The notes below the pieces were generated by a model that searched no databases, was not told where the DNA came from, and saw nothing but the letters and a program-made list of their open reading frames with translations. Position numbers and translations under genes: made by a program. Source: Escherichia phage a48. Taken from it: a stretch of DNA of 64,000 nt. Positions 58,386 to 64,000 of this stretch are shown here, one piece after another. The stretch is from the sequence record OQ067375.1, one strand, 5' to 3'. The stretch's first letter is position 1. Every line of letters begins with the position of its first letter.

Positions 58386-59932
58386 GTAACAATACATATC
58401 AGCACGTATCAAATGAATCAAAATATGTTAAATTCGATCCCACTGGATCGAATTTTCCTGGCACTGTTACGACAGTACAGTCTGCATTATCAAAAATAAG
58501 TAATATCGGCGTAAATGGTATTCCTGATGCAACTATGGAAGTTAAAGGAATAGCAATGATTGCATCAGAGCAAGAGGTTTTAGATGGAACAAATAATTCT
58601 AAAATCGTTACACCAGCTACATTAGCAACAAGATTATTGTATCCAAATGCTACTGAAACTAAATATGGTTTAACGCGCTATTCAACAAATGAAGAAACAT
58701 TAGAAGGCTCAGATAATAATTCATCAATAACGCCGCAAAAACTGAAATACCATACTGATGATGTGTTCCAAAATAGATATTCGTCTGAGTCATCAAACGG
58801 GGTTATTAAAATATCATCTACGCCTGCAGCTTTGGCTGGTGTCGATGATACTACGGCGATGACTCCGTTGAAAACCCAAAAACTTGCAATAAAATTAATT
58901 TCACAAATAGCTCCTTCAGAAGACACTGCAACAGAATCTGTGAGAGGAGTAGTTCAATTATCTACTGTTGCACAAACTCGTCAAGGAACTCTCCGCGAAG
59001 GATATGCAATTTCCCCGTATACCTTTATGAATTCTGTTGCAACGCAAGAATATAAGGGTGTTATACGTCTAGGAACACAATCGGAAATTAACAGTAATTT
59101 AGGAGATGTTGCAGTAACAGGTGAAACACTAAATGGTCGAGGAGCTACTGGTTCTATGCGTGGAGTAGTTAAATTAACGACGCAAGCCGGTATTGCCCCT
59201 GAAGGTGATAGTTCTGGAGCATTAGCGTGGAACGCAGATGTAATTAATACGCGTGGTGGACAAACTATTAATGGTTCTTTAAATTTAGACCATCTTACAG
59301 CAAACGGAATTTGGTCGCGCGGCGGAATGTGGAAAAATGGCGATCAACCTGTTGCCACTGAAAGATATGCGTCCGAACGAGTTCCGGTTGGAACTATTAT
59401 GATGTTTGCGGGTGATTCAGCACCTCCAGGTTGGATTATGTGTCATGGTGGAACCGTGTCAGGTGACCAATTTCCTGATTATAGAAACGTAGTTGGAACA
59501 AGATTTGGTGGCGATTGGAATAATCCTGGCGTTCCTGATATGCGGGGTCTTTTCGTCAGAGGAGCTGGCACAGGCGGTCATATTTTAAATCAACGAGGAC
59601 AAGATGGTTATGGAAAGGATAGACTTGGCGTAGGATGTGACGGAATGCATGTTGGTGGTGTTCAAGCACAACAAATGTCATACCATAAACACGCCGGTGG
59701 TTGGGGGGAATATAACAGAAGTGAAGGCCCATTTGGCGCGTCTGTTTATCAAGGATATCTTGGAACTAGAAAATATGCCGACTGGGATAATGCTTCATAC
59801 TTCACTAATGATGGATTTGAATTAGGCGGACCGAGAGATGCCCTTGGTACACTTAATCGTGAAGGATTAATTGGTTATGAAACTAGACCATGGAATATAT
59901 CATTAAACTATATTATTAAAGTTCATTACTAA
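58382..59932 (+). CDS. 12: short tail fibre protein gp12
   Basis: 516 aa; Gly-rich C-terminal receptor-binding region. Confidence 0.9.
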   Translation: MSNNTYQHVSNESKYVKFDPTGSNFPGTVTTVQSALSKISNIGVNGIPDATMEVKGIAMIASEQEVLDGTNNSKIVTPATLATRLLYPNATETKYGLTRYSTNEETLEGSDNNSSITPQKLKYHTDDVFQNRYSSESSNGVIKISSTPAALAGVDDTTAMTPLKTQKLAIKLISQIAPSEDTATESVRGVVQLSTVAQTRQGTLREGYAISPYTFMNSVATQEYKGVIRLGTQSEINSNLGDVAVTGETLNGRGATGSMRGVVKLTTQAGIAPEGDSSGALAWNADVINTRGGQTINGSLNLDHLTANGIWSRGGMWKNGDQPVATERYASERVPVGTIMMFAGDSAPPGWIMCHGGTVSGDQFPDYRNVVGTRFGGDWNNPGVPDMRGLFVRGAGTGGHILNQRGQDGYGKDRLGVGCDGMHVGGVQAQQMSYHKHAGGWGEYNRSEGPFGASVYQGYLGTRKYADWDNASYFTNDGFELGGPRDALGTLNREGLIGYETRPWNISLNYIIKVHY

Positions 59933-59941
59933 GGATTACAA

Positions 59942-61399
59942 ATGATTGAATTAAAAGATTTACCTTTTGTTGATAGCGTTCCTGACGAAGGTCAGGAACG
60001 TATTTCATGGATTAAAAATGGTGAAGAAATACTAGGAGCTAGCACTAAGTATGGAAACGATGGATCAATGAATAGACCAATTGTTTCCGTGTTTAAAAAC
60101 GTCGAGGTTCTTGACGAAAATATAGGAATTCTTAAAACTGCCATTGAAACATCGCAGAAAGATATTAAAACAATTCAAGGAGTTTTAGATGTATCAGGAG
60201 ATATAGAAGCACTATCGCAGATCAGTGTTAATAAAAATGACATATCAAATTTAAAGACACTTACTAATGAACACACTGATATATTAACTGGAACTAATAA
60301 TACAGTTGACAAAATTATTGCTGATATAGGTCCATTTAATGATGAAGAAAACTCTGTTTATAGAACAATTAGAAATGATTTATTGTGGATTAAACAAGAA
60401 CTAGGGCAATATTCTGGCCAAGACATTAACGGTCTTCCTGTTGTTGGTAATGCTAGCACAGGAATGAAACATAGAATAATAACAAATAGTACATTATTAT
60501 CTTCACAAGGCATTCGTTTAAGTGAATTAGAAAATAAATTTACTGAATCTGACGTAGGATCATTGACGGTTGAAGTTGGTAAATTACGCGATGAACTTGG
60601 TAATAAACCAGTAGATTTTGGACCAAATATTTATAATAGATTAAACACTATAGATGATAAACAAACTTTAATAAATTCTGATATAGCAGAAATTAAATCT
60701 TCTATTGGATACCCAGAAAATGTTTCTATAATAACAGAAATTAATAATAACAAAAGTAGCATTGAATCTATTAATAATGAATTAAATCAGAGTGAAGGTG
60801 TTAAACAGCGCTTAACGGCTATTGAAACTTCTATAGGTTCAGATGATATTCCTTCTAGTATTAAAGGAAAAATTAAAAATCACACAACTTCTATTGAGTC
60901 TTTAAACGGAATTGTTGGTGAAAACACTTCGTCTGGTTTAAGAGCGAATGTTTCGTGGTTAAATCAAATTGTTGGAACTGACTCCAGCGGAGGACAACCG
61001 TCTCCTTCTGGATCTCTATTAAATAAAGTTTCAGTGCTTGAAGGAGAAGTTTCAGTTTTAAACAATAATGTTCAAAATATACAAGTTGAAATAGGAAATA
61101 ATAGAACAGGAATTAAAGGTCAAGTTATTGAACTTACTTCACTTATAAATGGAAATAATCCTGACGGATCAACTGTTGAAGAACGAGGATTAACTAATTC
61201 TATAAAAACGAATGAAACTAACATTGCGGCAGTCACGCATGAAGTAAATACAGCTAAAGACAATATATCCTCTTTACAGAGCAGCGTTCAAGCTCTACAA
61301 GAAGCGGGTTATATTCCTGAAGCTCCAAAAGATGGCCAAGCTTACGTTCGTAAAGACGGCGAATGGGTACTACTTTCTACCTTTTTATCACCAGCATAA
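59942..61399 (+). CDS. wac: fibritin (whisker) wac
   Basis: 485 aa; long coiled-coil body and C-terminal foldon-like [27 protein letters not shown]. Confidence 0.92.
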   Translation: MIELKDLPFVDSVPDEGQERISWIKNGEEILGASTKYGNDGSMNRPIVSVFKNVEVLDENIGILKTAIETSQKDIKTIQGVLDVSGDIEALSQISVNKNDISNLKTLTNEHTDILTGTNNTVDKIIADIGPFNDEENSVYRTIRNDLLWIKQELGQYSGQDINGLPVVGNASTGMKHRIITNSTLLSSQGIRLSELENKFTESDVGSLTVEVGKLRDELGNKPVDFGPNIYNRLNTIDDKQTLINSDIAEIKSSIGYPENVSIITEINNNKSSIESINNELNQSEGVKQRLTAIETSIGSDDIPSSIKGKIKNHTTSIESLNGIVGENTSSGLRANVSWLNQIVGTDSSGGQPSPSGSLLNKVSVLEGEVSVLNNNVQNIQVEIGNNRTGIKGQVIELTSLINGNNPDGSTVEERGLTNSIKTNETNIAAVTHEVNTAKDNISSLQSSVQALQEAGYIPEAPKDGQAYVRKDGEWVLLSTFLSPA

Positions 61400-61402
61400 C
61401 AT

Positions 61403-61418
61403 GGGGCCGCAAGGCCCC
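61403..61418 (+). terminator. stem-loop after wac (weak terminator or RNA-stabilising hairpin)
   Basis: GGGGCC-GCAA-GGCCCC hairpin directly after the wac stop; no clean U-tract. Confidence 0.4.
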
Positions 61419-61430
61419 AAAGGATTTTAA

Positions 61431-63132
<1,702 letters not shown>

Positions 63133-63173
63133 TAAATATTATAAACTAATTAAAGCCCAGATTAGGAGAAATC

Positions 63174-63992
63174 ATGTTTGGTTATTTTTATAATTCGTCT
63201 TTTAGACGATATGCTACCTTGATGGGCGATTTGTTTTCAAATATCCAAATCAAACGTCAGTTAGAATCTGGTGATAAGTTTATACGTGTTCCTATTACGT
63301 ATGCATCAAAGGAACACTTTATGATGAAATTGAATAAATGGACATCGATAAATTCACAAGAAGATGTGGCCAAGGTTGAAACTATTCTACCTCGTATAAA
63401 TTTGCATTTAGTTGATTTTAGCTATAACGCTCCATTTAAAACAAACATTTTAAATCAGAATTTACTGCAAAAAGGTGCAACTTCTGTAGTATCGCAGTAT
63501 AATCCATCTCCTATTAAAATGATTTATGAATTGAGTATCTTTACTCGCTACGAAGATGATATGTTTCAAATAGTTGAACAGATTCTTCCATATTTTCAAC
63601 CTCATTTTAATACAACTATGTACGAACAGTTCGGAAATGATATTCCATTTAAAAGGGATATCAAAATTGTATTAATGTCTGCTGCTATAGACGAAGCTAT
63701 AGATGGAGATAATTTATCTCGTCGTAGAATTGAATGGTCATTAACATTTGAAGTAAATGGATGGATGTATCCTCCGGTAGATGATGCAGAAGGATTAATT
63801 CGTACTACTTATACAGATTTTCACGCCAATACAAGAGATTTGCCTGATGGCGAAGGTGTTTTTGAATCTGTCGATAGCGAAGTTGTTCCTCGAGATATTG
63901 ACCCAGAAGACTGGGATGGAACAGTAAAACAAACTTTCACTAGTAATGTAAATAGACCAACACCGCCAGAACCTCCTGGCCCAAGAACATAG
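63174..63992 (+). CDS. 15: tail sheath stabiliser/terminator gp15
   Basis: 272 aa; order matches T4. Confidence 0.88.
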   Translation: MFGYFYNSSFRRYATLMGDLFSNIQIKRQLESGDKFIRVPITYASKEHFMMKLNKWTSINSQEDVAKVETILPRINLHLVDFSYNAPFKTNILNQNLLQKGATSVVSQYNPSPIKMIYELSIFTRYEDDMFQIVEQILPYFQPHFNTTMYEQFGNDIPFKRDIKIVLMSAAIDEAIDGDNLSRRRIEWSLTFEVNGWMYPPVDDAEGLIRTTYTDFHANTRDLPDGEGVFESVDSEVVPRDIDPEDWDGTVKQTFTSNVNRPTPPEPPGPRT

Positions 63993-64000
63993 AGGTTATT

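Noticed and set aside
58382-59932. Short tail fibre gp12 is 516 aa, slightly shorter than the 527 aa I recall for T4
   Set aside because: The difference is within normal variation for receptor-binding proteins among T-even phages, and my recollection of the T4 length is not certain enough to call a deletion.
63134-63173. Possible late promoter upstream of gene 15 (AATAAATATTATAAAC)
   Set aside because: It lacks the exact TATAAATA octamer, and gene 15 is probably read through from upstream late promoters.

Overview
This window reads as a contiguous segment of a T4-like (T-even, Tequatrovirus-type) myovirus genome; all identifications are from reading the translated ORFs and the DNA directly, with no database search. 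Positions 1-45735 are a dense minus-strand early/middle block in the T4 order: regA, 62, 44, 45, rpbA, 46, 47, a-gt, 55, nrdH, nrdG, nrdD (no intron), 49, pin, nrdC, a long run of small nrdC.x-type ORFs, rI, tk, regB, denV, e (lysozyme), nudE, a tRNA cluster with segB, the internal-protein/57B/57A locus, and genes 1, 3, 2, 4. Positions 45783-63992 are the plus-strand late baseplate and tail-fibre module: 53, 5, 5.1, 5.4, 6, 7, 8, 9, 10, 11, 12, wac, 13, 14, 15. The protein sequences are close to but not identical to T4 (lysozyme differs at a few residues), and the layout differs from my recollection of T4 in several places. The most interesting observations are: a TARG1/DarG-like macrodomain gene; a four-member tandem paralog family, one member frameshift-interrupted; an adjacent nucleotidyltransferase-like and P-loop ATPase pair; hairpins of covarying sequence wrapped around the -10 elements of the internal-protein promoters; multiple capsid-targeting-sequence (internal-protein-like) genes at several loci; segmental duplication at the 49/pin junction; a tRNA-Tyr beside segB; and the known anti-CBASS genes 57B (Acb1) and probably vs.4 (Acb2). 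No CRISPR array, rRNA, integrase or IS element was seen.
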